This document shows positions 19,678 to 28,605 of a stretch of DNA of 64,000 nucleotides, piece after piece (position 1 is the stretch's first letter; each line of letters begins with the position of its first letter). The notes under the pieces are model-generated. The model did no database searches and was not told where the DNA came from. It worked only from the letters and a program-made list of their open reading frames with translations. The translations under genes were made by a program, and so were the position numbers. The stretch is taken from NCBI GenBank assembly GCA_963756815.1, contig CAVWPR010000018.1, positions 11,140-75,139 of the forward strand, given 5' to 3'. The DNA is from an uncultured Acidimicrobiia bacterium (lineage in GTDB: Bacteria > Actinomycetota > Acidimicrobiia > IMCC26256 > JAENVU01).

Positions 19678-19899
19678 TCAGGAGGTCAACCGCACCCAGC
19701 ACGGTGGGCCAGTTTGGGCTAAGAGCGCGCCAAGGCCGACGACGGAGAGGCAGACACCTACGACCACGATGGCGGCACCGACGACGCGCCAACTCGTCCG
19801 AGTCATCCCTGCGTAGGCGCCGTCGGGGAACGTCGGATCGACCGTGTACCGAGCCAGTAGGCCACCCGCGACACAGAGGATCACCCCGAAGATCAGCAT
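19678..19899 (-). CDS. Small membrane protein (2 TM), upstream of the PadR gene
   Basis: 73 aa ORF, MLIFGVILCVAGGLLARY..VVGAAIVVVGVCLSVVGLGALLA, with GC-rich third positions. No clear Shine-Dalgarno sequence. Confidence 0.35.
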   Translation of the reverse strand: MLIFGVILCVAGGLLARYTVDPTFPDGAYAGMTRTSWRVVGAAIVVVGVCLSVVGLGALLAQTGPPCWVRLTS

Positions 19900-20105
19900 C
19901 GACGCAAGTCTGCCACCGATAGCCGATTGACGAATCAGTTCAGCCGCCCGAGGAGTTGGCTGAGTGCCGGACCACCGTCATCGCTCCGCCTCCTTGTCCC
20001 CGATCGCCGGGCAGCCGGCCTCCTCGCCGTTCGATCGAGCGGCAGCTTTTCGGCATGTCACCGGCCTTCAGGCTGATCAGCTAGCCAGGTGACTCCCGGG
20101 TCCAG

Positions 20106-20569
20106 GTGCGCACCGCTGGGGAGGGCGACCTCCGCTTCATTCTCGAGATGGCCCGATTCGCGTCCGTCATCGAAGATCGCCCGTTGCCGGCCGAAGACGA
20201 TCCCGACGTGGAGGCGATGCTTCCCGCGGCCGGCGACTGCGCGGTGATTGCGGTCGCGGGCGGCGGCCGGAGAGTCGGCGCAGCGTGGTGCTGTGTCCGC
20301 GTGCCGGCGTTGGTCGTCGACGATTCCGGATCGCCGGTGCCGGAGATGACCATCGCTGTGATCCCCGAGGCACGGGGCCGTGGGATCGGCACTGCGCTCA
20401 TCGAGGCGCTCAGCCGAGAGGCGTCGACCGAGTTCGCACAGCTATCCCTGAACGTCCACCTTCGTAACCCCGCGGCTCACCTGTACACCCGCACTGGATT
20501 TCGTGTTCCGGTGCAGGCCGAGGCTGGTACGGCGTCGCCATGCTGCGGCTCTTGTCCACGGCAGCCTGA
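20106..20569 (+). pseudogene. GNAT-family N-acetyltransferase, frame break near 20515
   Basis: The segment contains IAVIPEARGRGIGTALIEAL..LSLNVHLRNPAAHLYTRTGFRV. The expected C-terminus RGWYGVAMLRLLSTAA-stop is in another frame, with TGA at 20567. Confidence 0.7.
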
Positions 20570-20673
20570 TTCCATCACTGGCTTCGGCGGCAACACCGTC
20601 CCGGATCGCCGGCTGCGAGGCGTGAGGCTGCGGTTGGTTTCACGAGTGGAGCACTGAGCCACGATCGCGTCGT

Positions 20674-21404
20674 ATGCCTGCCTCGCCGTACTACCGATCG
20701 GACCTGGCCCGCATTCATCACGAAGGGTTCGGGTTCCACGCGGATGCGGTGGCACCCGGAATCCTGACGATCCTCGAGCCCGTCCTCGAGCGTGGCGGGC
20801 TCGTCCTGGAGCTCGGCTGTGGATCCGGGCTGCTCACGAAGTCTCTGGTCGAGGCGGGCCATCGCGTGCTCGCGACCGACGCGTCGCCGGCCATGGTCGA
20901 CCTCGCCCGTGACTTCGTGCCCACGGTGCCGGTCGAGGTCCTTCGGCTTCCCGAGGATCCGCTGCCGACCGCCGATGCGATCGTCAGTGTCGGTCATGCG
21001 TTGAGCTACCTCGACAGCGAGGAAGACATCGATCGTTCGCTGGCCGCCATCGCGGGTGCGCTCGAGGACTCCGGGTATTCGCGTTCGACATCTGCGACCT
21101 GGAGTGGGGATCCGCCCGACGCGGGCAGCCGCCCGGGGTCTGGTTCGGAGAGGACTGGGTCCTCGCCACGCGCCGCTCGGTCATCGATGATCGGATCTTT
21201 CGGCGTGAGATGACGATGTTCGTCCGTGACGGCGAACTCTGGCGTCGTGATGACGAGACCCACGACAACGTGCTCATCGATACCAGCCGACTCCCCGAGC
21301 TCCTGGCCAGGTTCGGCGTCGACGCGGAGGTCCGCCAGGCCTTCGGCAACGAGACACTGCTTGCCGGACTCGTCGCGGTCGTCGGCCGCCGCCGAGCCCC
21401 CTGA
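20674..21404 (+). pseudogene. Class I SAM-dependent methyltransferase, frame break near 21065
   Basis: Motif I is VLELGCGSGLLT, followed by RVLATDASPAMV. After AIAGAL the sequence continues in another frame as RVFAFDICDLEWG..VWFGEDWVLATRRSVIDDRIFRREMTMFVRDGELW. Confidence 0.75.
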
Positions 21405-21440
21405 CCGGGACCACCTGACGCACCTGCCCCATACCGCCGG

Positions 21441-22497
21441 CTACGGAGCGCGGCACGAACATTCCTGGGATCGGCCAGCCACTCGGTGTGCCTGCTCATC
21501 GGCGCGACCCGATGGCTTCGTTGATCGCCAGCATGACGGCGTTGGAAGATCGTTCTCCGTCCGAACCCGTTGGCCGCAGGCAGTTCGGCTCGGACTCGGC
21601 GCAGCGTCGCCGCCTTCGCCCATCTCGCGAGACCGAGTCCGCGATGGGCTCGGTCGATGCCAGTGTCTGCTGGTAGACGATGTTCGGGTCGCGCGCGTCA
21701 AAGGTGACCTCGGTCCCGCCGACACAGGCTCCCGACGGTTCCCGGACGAGAACCGTCCACCGTGTGCGCCCCGCTTCGAGAAGTGCCCGGTCAAGTTCCG
21801 CGACGAAGTCTTCATCCACGACGACATCCCCGACGTCGAGGTCCTCCCTCGGTGCGGTCTGCATGATGCGATGGAACGCAGCGGCATCGCAACGGAGCCG
21901 CTCGGGGAAGACGCCGTCAACCGTCTCCAGCCAGTAGCCGCAGCGCGTCGCACGTTCCGGTTGTGCCCACGCACCGATCAGCTCCCAGTCCACGTCGCGA
22001 GCGCCAGATCACTCCGGCGATTCACTTCGCGGCGGAGCGCCGACCCGACGCGAACCGCGTCTCCCTCAGGCGCTGCATCGAAGGTCGACCAGGTGAGAAC
22101 CGACCGAGCGTCGCTCATTGCTTCATCGCAGATCACGGCGAGCAGGCGAGACCCGATGCCCTGTCGGCGGTGTTCCCGCCGCACCAGAACATCGCATTCC
22201 ATGACACGTTCGTCGCCGGCGGAGTTCGACCAGCAGAACGCCGCGGCGATCGGAGCGCCGTCGGGCACGTCGACGATCCAAGCGTGATCATCGAACACCG
22301 ACGGAACGCCCGAGCGAAGGCCACGTAGCCTCGACAAGCTGCGGCATCCGGTTCGACCCCAGCTCCGCTGCGATCGGCGCCTCCACAGCATGCAGCGCAA
22401 CGAGCTCCTCGTCGGTCCCATCACGAAACCGACGCGACGTAGAGGAGGTTCGGTCCACACGAAGTTCCAGTCTTGCCGCGCAGATCGCCAAGCGCAT
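21441..22497 (-). pseudogene. Two-domain (tandem) GNAT N-acetyltransferase, at least five frame breaks
   Basis: Fragments are spread over all three frames. They are ELVALHAVEAPIAAELG; FDDHAWIVDVPDGAPIAAAFCW..VLVRREHRRQGIGSRLLAVI; DVDWELIGAWAQPERA..WTVLVREPSGACVGGTEV; DTGIDRAHRGLGLARWAKAATLRRVRAE; SNAVMLAINEAIG; HTEWLADPRNV. Confidence 0.6.
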
Positions 22498-22558
22498 GCC
22501 CCCGAACGCCGGCCCGAGGCGTTGAGCACACCTTCTCGGGTTGCGGCACGATGGTCCT

Positions 22559-23349
22559 ATGGCTGACGCAGCGTCGGACGACGAGTGGGCGCCGCTCGCC
22601 GACCGATTCGTGGATCAGCACTACGGGTCGCTGCGTGGACGCGTCCGAACGCACGTGATCCACGAGCATCTCCGGCATCACCTCGGGCCCGCGCCACGGC
22701 ACGTCGTGGATGTCGGCGGCGGGGCCGGACACCAGAGCCTGCCGCTCGCACGCGCTGGCCACGAGGTGACGATCGTGGACCCGTCGCCGGCAATGCTCGA
22801 GCGAGCAGCTCAGCGTCTGACCACCGAGGACGACACCGTCGCAGCTCGGGTACGCCTGGTCCGAGCAAGTGGCGAGGACGCGCCCGAGGCGCTCGACGGT
22901 GCAGCGTTCGACGCGGTCCTCTGCCACGGAGTGCTCATGTACCTCGACGACCCGGAGCCGCTCGTCGACGCGCTCTGCGACCTCACCGCTCCTGCAGGCG
23001 TGGTGTCGATCGTGGCGAAGAACGCGGAGGTGATGGCGATGCGTCACGCCCACGAAGGCGACTGGGCCGGCGCGATCGCCGCCTTCGACCGCGACCGGCA
23101 GATCAACGGCCTCGGCGTCGACACACGCGGCGACCGAATCGATCACCTCTCAACACTGATCTCCAACCACGGCGTCGAACCAACAGCTTGGTACGGCGTA
23201 CGCCTCTTCACCGACGGCTGGACCACCGACCGGCCCGACTCAGATCCGGAGGAACTGGTGCTCCCGCGGAACTGATGGCCAGCCAACGAGATCCCTACCG
23301 CCGACTCAGCCGACTGTTCCATCTGGTCGGCCGCCGCCGATCGAACTGA
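22559..23349 (+). pseudogene. Class I SAM-dependent methyltransferase, frame break near 23255
   Basis: Motif I is VVDVGGGAGHQSL, followed by HEVTIVDPSPAML and FDAVLCHGVLMYL. The C-terminus continues in the frame of ORF 22585..23349 (AELMASQRDPYRRLSRLFHLVGRR). Confidence 0.75.
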
Positions 23350-23522
23350 CTCGCGGCAGGTGTCCCCAAACGCCGAGACAGCGACGCGTCCGCCAGGTGC
23401 TTCGATCACTACCGGGAGCACCTCGAACAGGCGACCGTACGCAGCTACGTGATCGAGCTGCGCTTACCAATCGGGTCGCCGAACGCACCACCAGCACCGA
23501 GGCCAGTGGCAAGGAGAGGTGA

Positions 23523-24746
23523 CTACGGGATGCGGATGCCCGAGATCGCACGGGCGATCACGAGGCGCTGGATCTCCGAGGTGCCCTCGAAGATCGTGTA
23601 GATCTTCGAGTCGCGGTGCCACTTCTCCACCGGGTACTCACGCACGTAGCCGTAGCCGCCGAGGATCTGGATCGCCTGCTCCGTGGCCCACACGGCGACC
23701 TCGCCCGCCTTGAGCTTGCTCATCGAGCCCTCGCCGGCGGTGAACTCCTTGCCGTTGCGGCCCATCCAGCAGGCGCGGTGCACCAGGAGACGCGCGGCGT
23801 CGATCTCCATCTTCATGTCGGCGAGCTTGAAGGCGATCCCCTGGTTCTCGATGATCGCCTTGCCGAACGCCTTGCGCTCCTTGGCGTACTCCAGCGAGTA
23901 CTCGTACGCGGCGCGAGCAATGCCGAGGGCCTGCGCGCCGACGAGCGGTCGGCTGGCCTCGAACGTGCTCATGGCCGCCTGCACGCGGCTCGACTGGCCT
24001 TCGCGCGCACGCGCCATGCGGGCGTCGAGCTTCTCCTTGCCGCCGAGCAGGCAGCTGCCGGGCACACGCACGTCGTCGAGCACGACCTCGGCCGTGTGAC
24101 TGGCGCGGATGCCCATCTTCTTGAACTTCTGGCCCTGCGACAGGCCGGGCGTTCCCGGCGGGACCACGAAGCTCGCCTGCCCGCGACCCTTGAGCTCGGG
24201 GTCGACCGACGCGACCACCACGTGCACCGTCGGCACCTTGGTGATGCCGCCGTTGGTGATCCACGTCTTGGTCCCGTTGATCACCCACTCGTCCTTGGCC
24301 TCGTCGTAGACCGCGCGCGTGCGCAGGTTCGACACGTCGGAGCCGGCGTCGGGCTCGGACACCGCGAACGCGGAGAGGTGGATGTCGTCGGGCGTCCCGA
24401 AGCACTGCGGGACCCACTCCATGATCTGCTCGGGCGTGCCGTTGCCGACGATGCCGGAGACCCCGAGCGTCGAGCCCATGAGCGCGAGCGCGATGCCTGC
24501 GCAGCCCCAGCTGAGCTCCTCGCTGACGATCGGGAAGGTGAGCCCGGTCGGGTCCGAGAACCAGGACGAGACCGCCTCCCAGGAGTAGAGGCCGATGTTG
24601 GCGGCCTCCTGGATGACCTCCCAGGGGGTCTCCTCCTTCTCGTCGTACTCCGCCGCCACCGGGCGGATGACGTTCTCCGAGAAGTCGTGGACCCACTTCT
24701 GCATCGTGAGCTGGTCCTCGTTGAGATCGAGGCAGTAGTCGCCCAT
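23523..24746 (-). CDS. Acyl-CoA dehydrogenase
   Basis: Intact 407 aa ORF with typical ACAD blocks (AFAVSEPDAGSD, WITNGG, QILGGYGYVREYPVEKWHRDSKIYTIFEGTSEIQR). Confidence 0.95.
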   Translation of the reverse strand: MGDYCLDLNEDQLTMQKWVHDFSENVIRPVAAEYDEKEETPWEVIQEAANIGLYSWEAVSSWFSDPTGLTFPIVSEELSWGCAGIALALMGSTLGVSGIVGNGTPEQIMEWVPQCFGTPDDIHLSAFAVSEPDAGSDVSNLRTRAVYDEAKDEWVINGTKTWITNGGITKVPTVHVVVASVDPELKGRGQASFVVPPGTPGLSQGQKFKKMGIRASHTAEVVLDDVRVPGSCLLGGKEKLDARMARAREGQSSRVQAAMSTFEASRPLVGAQALGIARAAYEYSLEYAKERKAFGKAIIENQGIAFKLADMKMEIDAARLLVHRACWMGRNGKEFTAGEGSMSKLKAGEVAVWATEQAIQILGGYGYVREYPVEKWHRDSKIYTIFEGTSEIQRLVIARAISGIRIP

Positions 24747-24870
24747 CGGTGGTGCTCCCTTGTGCTCCGCCCGTCGGCGCGGGCTCGTTGTCCGTTTCGG
24801 AAGTTACCCAGTGGTAACACAACTCTACCCAACCGAATCGATCCCTTCGACACCAGGGTCGGATGTCACG

Positions 24871-26466
24871 ATGGTGCGCATGCTGCAGGTCAGGGGACTC
24901 ACCGTCGAGGTCGGCGGGAAGGTGCGCGTCGCCGACGCGTCGTTCAGCCTGCATCCGGGCGACACCGTCGGTCTCGTCGGCCGCAACGGTGCGGGCAAGA
25001 CCTCGATGCTGAAGGTGATCGCGGGCGAGGCGCCGGCCGCGGCCGGCGTCGTCTCGCGCCCGGACGCGATGGGCTACCTCCCCCAGAACCCGCGTCCGCG
25101 CGGCTCCGGCGTCGACGCCACCGGGCTGTCGCACGTGCTGTCGGGCCGCGGCTTCGACGAGGCGATCCTCCGCATCGAGAAGCTGCGACTGCGTATCGAG
25201 GAGGACGCCACCGAACGCGACATCGCGCGCTTCGCCCGCGCCGAGGAGCAGTTCCGCGACGAGGGCGGCTATCGCGCCGAGTCCGACGTCCGCACGATCG
25301 CGGCCGGGCTCGGACTCGGCGACGACCGCCTCGACCTCCCGCTCACCGCCCTCTCGGGTGGCGAGCGGCGACGGGTCGAGCTCGCGCGCATCCTGTTCGC
25401 GGGCAGCGACCTCCTCCTCCTCGACGAGCCGACGAACCACCTCGACGTCGACGCCAAGCAGTGGCTCATGGGGTTCCTCCGCACGTACCGCGGCGCGCTG
25501 CTCGTGATCAGCCACGACCTCGAGCTCCTCGACGCGTCGATCACGCGCGTGCTGCACCTCGACGATGGTGCGCTCATCGAGTACAAGGGCACCTACTCGC
25601 AGTACGTCGCCGCGCGCGCCGCCGACGAGGAGCGACAGGCTCGCCTCGCGTCACGGCAGTCGGCCGAGATCACGCGCCTGTCACGACTCGCCGACAGCAT
25701 GCGCGGGCAGACCGAGAAGCGCGCCAAGACCGCGAAGTCGATCGACACCCGCGTCGCCAAGCTCGTGCAGCACCAGGTCACGGGCCCGAAGCGAGAGCGG
25801 CGCGTGCGGGTGAAGTTCCCCGACCCGCCGCGGGCGGGACGCGTCGTGCTCGAGGCCGACGGCCTCACCAAGGGCTACGGCGGGCCGACCGTCTTCGACG
25901 ACGTCACGTTCGCGGTCGAGCGGGGTGAGCGGCTCCTCGTGATGGGCCTCAACGGCGCCGGCAAGACGAGCCTGATGCGGATCCTCGCCGGCCAGACCCA
26001 CGCCGACTCGGGCGCGTGGTGGCTCGGGCACGGCGCGTCGGCCGGCTACTACGCCCAGGAGCACGAGGGCATCGCCGCGGGCACCTCGGTGATGGACCAC
26101 CTCCGCACCGTCGGCCTGCCCGATCCGCAGCTCCGGACCCTGCTCGGCACGTTCGGGCTCACGGGCGACATCGCGTTCCAGGACGCCGGCACCCTGAGCG
26201 GCGGCGAGAAGACCAAGCTCGCGCTCGCGCAGCTCGTGACCGGTCGCCACAACCTGCTGCTGCTCGACGAGCCGACGAACAACCTCGACCCGCCGTCGCG
26301 CGACGCGATCGGCGCCGCGCTCGCCGACTGGCCCGGTGCGATGGTGGTGGTGAGCCACGATCCCGAGTTCGTCGCCCGCCTCGAACCGCAACGGGTCCTG
26401 ATGATGCCCGACGGCGACCTCGACTACTTCTCCGACGACCTGCTGGAGCTCGTGGCGCTCGCCTGA
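24871..26466 (+). CDS. ABC-F family ATPase (two ABC cassettes, no membrane domain)
   Basis: Two Walker A motifs (GRNGAGKTS, GLNGAGKTS), two signatures (LSGGERRRVELA, LSGGEKTKLALA) and two Walker B motifs (LLLDEPTNHLD, LLLDEPTNNLD), with a charged linker. Confidence 0.9.
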   Translation: MVRMLQVRGLTVEVGGKVRVADASFSLHPGDTVGLVGRNGAGKTSMLKVIAGEAPAAAGVVSRPDAMGYLPQNPRPRGSGVDATGLSHVLSGRGFDEAILRIEKLRLRIEEDATERDIARFARAEEQFRDEGGYRAESDVRTIAAGLGLGDDRLDLPLTALSGGERRRVELARILFAGSDLLLLDEPTNHLDVDAKQWLMGFLRTYRGALLVISHDLELLDASITRVLHLDDGALIEYKGTYSQYVAARAADEERQARLASRQSAEITRLSRLADSMRGQTEKRAKTAKSIDTRVAKLVQHQVTGPKRERRVRVKFPDPPRAGRVVLEADGLTKGYGGPTVFDDVTFAVERGERLLVMGLNGAGKTSLMRILAGQTHADSGAWWLGHGASAGYYAQEHEGIAAGTSVMDHLRTVGLPDPQLRTLLGTFGLTGDIAFQDAGTLSGGEKTKLALAQLVTGRHNLLLLDEPTNNLDPPSRDAIGAALADWPGAMVVVSHDPEFVARLEPQRVLMMPDGDLDYFSDDLLELVALA

Positions 26467-26484
26467 CCCGACGGAGCCGCCGAC

Positions 26485-26780
26485 TCAGGTCGTGGTCGTG
26501 GTGGTGGACGTGCTCGACGTCGACGTGGTGGTCGACGAGCTCGACGTCGTCGTGTCGGGCTGCGTCGTGGTGGTCGTGGTCGACGAGCTCGACGTCGTGG
26601 TCGGGGCGTCGTGCTGCTCGTCGTGCGCGTGCTCGACGACGTGGACGTGGTGCTCGACGACGTCGTGGTCGTGGTGGTCGTGGTCGACGAGTCGTCGACG
26701 ACCTTCGCCACCGCGACGCCGCCGCCGGCACCGGCGAGCAGCAACACGAAGGCGATCGCCCAGACGGCCGCGGGCCTCAT
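26485..26780 (-). pseudogene. Small N-terminally anchored Ser/Thr-rich protein (about 98 aa); needs one frame correction near 26640
   Basis: ATG 26780 lies 7 nt after the upstream stop, with GAGGG ahead of it. The sequence MRPAAVWAIAFVLLLAGAGGGVAVAKVVDD is followed by poly-S/T. After a CCCC run the S/T frame continues in another frame to TGA at 26485. Confidence 0.35.
26487..26702. repeat. Low-complexity GTCGTG/GACGAG-type coding repeat (encodes poly-Ser/Thr on the minus strand)
   Basis: Repeated units such as GGTCGACGAGCTCGACGTCGT occur twice, and there are many GTGGTCGTGG units. The region is open in several frames. Confidence 0.6.
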
Positions 26781-26787
26781 CGCGCCC

Positions 26788-28575
26788 TCACGCGGTCGCC
26801 ATCGCCATGAACGCGCGGAGCTCACGGGCGACGTCGGGGCCGCACGGCTGGTACAGGATCTCGGTGGTCCCCGCGGCGGCGGTCGCGTCGAGGCGGTCGC
26901 GCAGCGTCGCCGCCTCACCCGTCCACGTGAACGACGTGAGACCGTCCCCGGAGAGCAGCGGGCGGTCCCGCTCGGTCACGTGCACCAGGTGATCCTCGTG
27001 GATGGCGAGGTGCCGGAGGTGGACCGGGATCCGCTCGAGCTCCGCCCGCCACTCCGCGCCGCCGGGCAGCATGTCGACCTGGCCCGGATCGGCCTCGTAC
27101 ATGCCGTGGTACACGACGGTCAGGGCGGGACCGGCCGCGAGCAGCGCCCGCTCGGACCCGGGGTCCTCACCCGGGTCGAGGACGGTGCCGAACGCGAGCA
27201 GCGCCGACCAGTCGAACTCGGGTTGGCCGCCGAAGATCGTCATCACTCCGTCGCCGAGCTCCTTCGCGACCGCGAGCCCCTTCGGACCGTTCGCGGCCAC
27301 GAGGATCGGGACAGGGTGCACGTCGAGCCAGCCCGAGGGCGGCTCGAGCTTCACGACCTTGCCCTCCACCACCATCGACTCGCCTGCGAGCAGACCCTTC
27401 ACCTGCGCGATGTACGTGCGCGTCTCCGCCCAGGTGAGCGGCTTCTGGCCCATCGCCATGCGCGCGGTGAAGCCGGTACCGATCGCGACCACGAGGCGCC
27501 CGGGCGCGAGCTCGGCCACCGTCGCGATCGCGCTCGCCTGCGTGACCGGGTGGCGCAGGTGCGGGACGAGCACCGCCGGCCCGAGCCCGATGCGGCTCGT
27601 CGCCTCGGCCACGCGTGCGAGATGCACCCACACGTCGCCGTAGAGGACCGGGGAGTCGTAGAGCCACACGCGCTCGTACCCGAGCGACTCGGCGAGCCGC
27701 GCGTGCGCAACGGTGTCGGGTCCGGGCGGGAAGGCGCACGAGATCGTGAGCGGTGCGGTCATCGGTGCTGCCTCGCCCGTGATCACGTCGGGCCGGCGAT
27801 GGTCTCCGCTCGGCAGCGTGGTGCGGATGCGCGCCTGCGCGTCGAGGTCGAGGTCGGCCGCGATCCACGCGTCGCGGTCGGGGGCCTGGGCGAGCACGAT
27901 CCCCCACGGGTCCACGATCATCGACCGACCGTGCCAGTGCAGCTTCTCGTTGCTGCTCCCACGCTGGTTCGGCGCGATCACGAACACCTGGTTCTCGATC
28001 GCGCGCGCGCGGAGGAGCGGCTCCCAGTGGTCCTTGCCGGTCGCGGCGGTGAACGCCGACGGCAGCGCGACGGCCGTCGCGCCCCGGTCCAGCTGGGCCC
28101 GGAACAGCTCCGGGAAGCGCAGGTCGTAGCACGTCGCGAGACCGAGTCGCAGTGGTCCGGCGTCGGCCACGACGACCGCGTCGCCCGCGGTGATGGTCGC
28201 GGACTCGCGGTGCACCGCACCGGGCACGTCGACGTCGAAGAGGTGGATCTTGCGGTACGCGGCGACGATCTCCCCGGCCGGATCGACCAGACACGACGTG
28301 TTGTGCAACGCGTCGCCGGCGCGCTCGACGATGCTCCCCGCGAGCAGGTGGACGCGACGGCTGCGGGCGAGCTCTCGCGCCCACGTGAGGCTCGGCCCGT
28401 CGAGCGCCTCCGCGCCCTCGCGCAGCTCCGCCGCGCTCCCCCACCGGTTCCACAGCTCGGGCAGCGCCACGAGTGTCGCGCCGGTGTCGACCGCCTCGGT
28501 GGCGAGCTTCGCCGCGACGGCCAGGTTCCGCTCCTTGTCCGGCGTCGAGCACAGCTGCACCGCGGCGACTCGCAT
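26788..28575 (-). CDS. In-frame fusion ORF: carbon-nitrogen hydrolase (nitrilase superfamily) + LLM-class (luciferase-like, F420-type) oxidoreductase
   Basis: The N-terminal half has the E-K-C triad context (ALPELW, YRKIHLF, LATCYDLRFPE) and ends ..HRRPDVI. A 6 aa linker TGEAAP follows, then MTAPLTISCAFPPGPDTVAHARLAESLGYERVWLYDSP, which is typical of an LLM N-terminus. There is no stop between the two halves. Confidence 0.8.
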   Translation of the reverse strand: MRVAAVQLCSTPDKERNLAVAAKLATEAVDTGATLVALPELWNRWGSAAELREGAEALDGPSLTWARELARSRRVHLLAGSIVERAGDALHNTSCLVDPAGEIVAAYRKIHLFDVDVPGAVHRESATITAGDAVVVADAGPLRLGLATCYDLRFPELFRAQLDRGATAVALPSAFTAATGKDHWEPLLRARAIENQVFVIAPNQRGSSNEKLHWHGRSMIVDPWGIVLAQAPDRDAWIAADLDLDAQARIRTTLPSGDHRRPDVITGEAAPMTAPLTISCAFPPGPDTVAHARLAESLGYERVWLYDSPVLYGDVWVHLARVAEATSRIGLGPAVLVPHLRHPVTQASAIATVAELAPGRLVVAIGTGFTARMAMGQKPLTWAETRTYIAQVKGLLAGESMVVEGKVVKLEPPSGWLDVHPVPILVAANGPKGLAVAKELGDGVMTIFGGQPEFDWSALLAFGTVLDPGEDPGSERALLAAGPALTVVYHGMYEADPGQVDMLPGGAEWRAELERIPVHLRHLAIHEDHLVHVTERDRPLLSGDGLTSFTWTGEAATLRDRLDATAAAGTTEILYQPCGPDVARELRAFMAMATA

Positions 28576-28605
28576 CGAACCGACCTTACCGACCCCGTGC
28601 TGCGC

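Noticed and set aside
9600-23520. Genomic island, prophage, integrative element or defence island
   Set aside because: I recognised no integrase, transposase, recombinase, phage structural, restriction-modification, toxin-antitoxin or nuclease/helicase defence genes. I noticed no flanking direct repeats or tRNA. Only the compositional and pseudogene-load oddity remains, and that is reported separately.
23275-23523. Possible small gene on the minus strand downstream of the acyl-CoA dehydrogenase (fragments GLGAGGAFGDPIGKR / LDHVAAYGRLFEVLPVVIEAPGG)
   Set aside because: The fragments are in different frames and interrupted by stops. There is no start or RBS, and they partly overlap the methyltransferase 3' end. 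The evidence is insufficient.
26487-26702. Regularly spaced short repeats considered as a possible CRISPR array or minisatellite
   Set aside because: There are no constant repeat and variable spacer units, and the units are 6-21 nt and degenerate. The tract is the coding region of a poly-Ser/Thr segment, and no cas genes are nearby.
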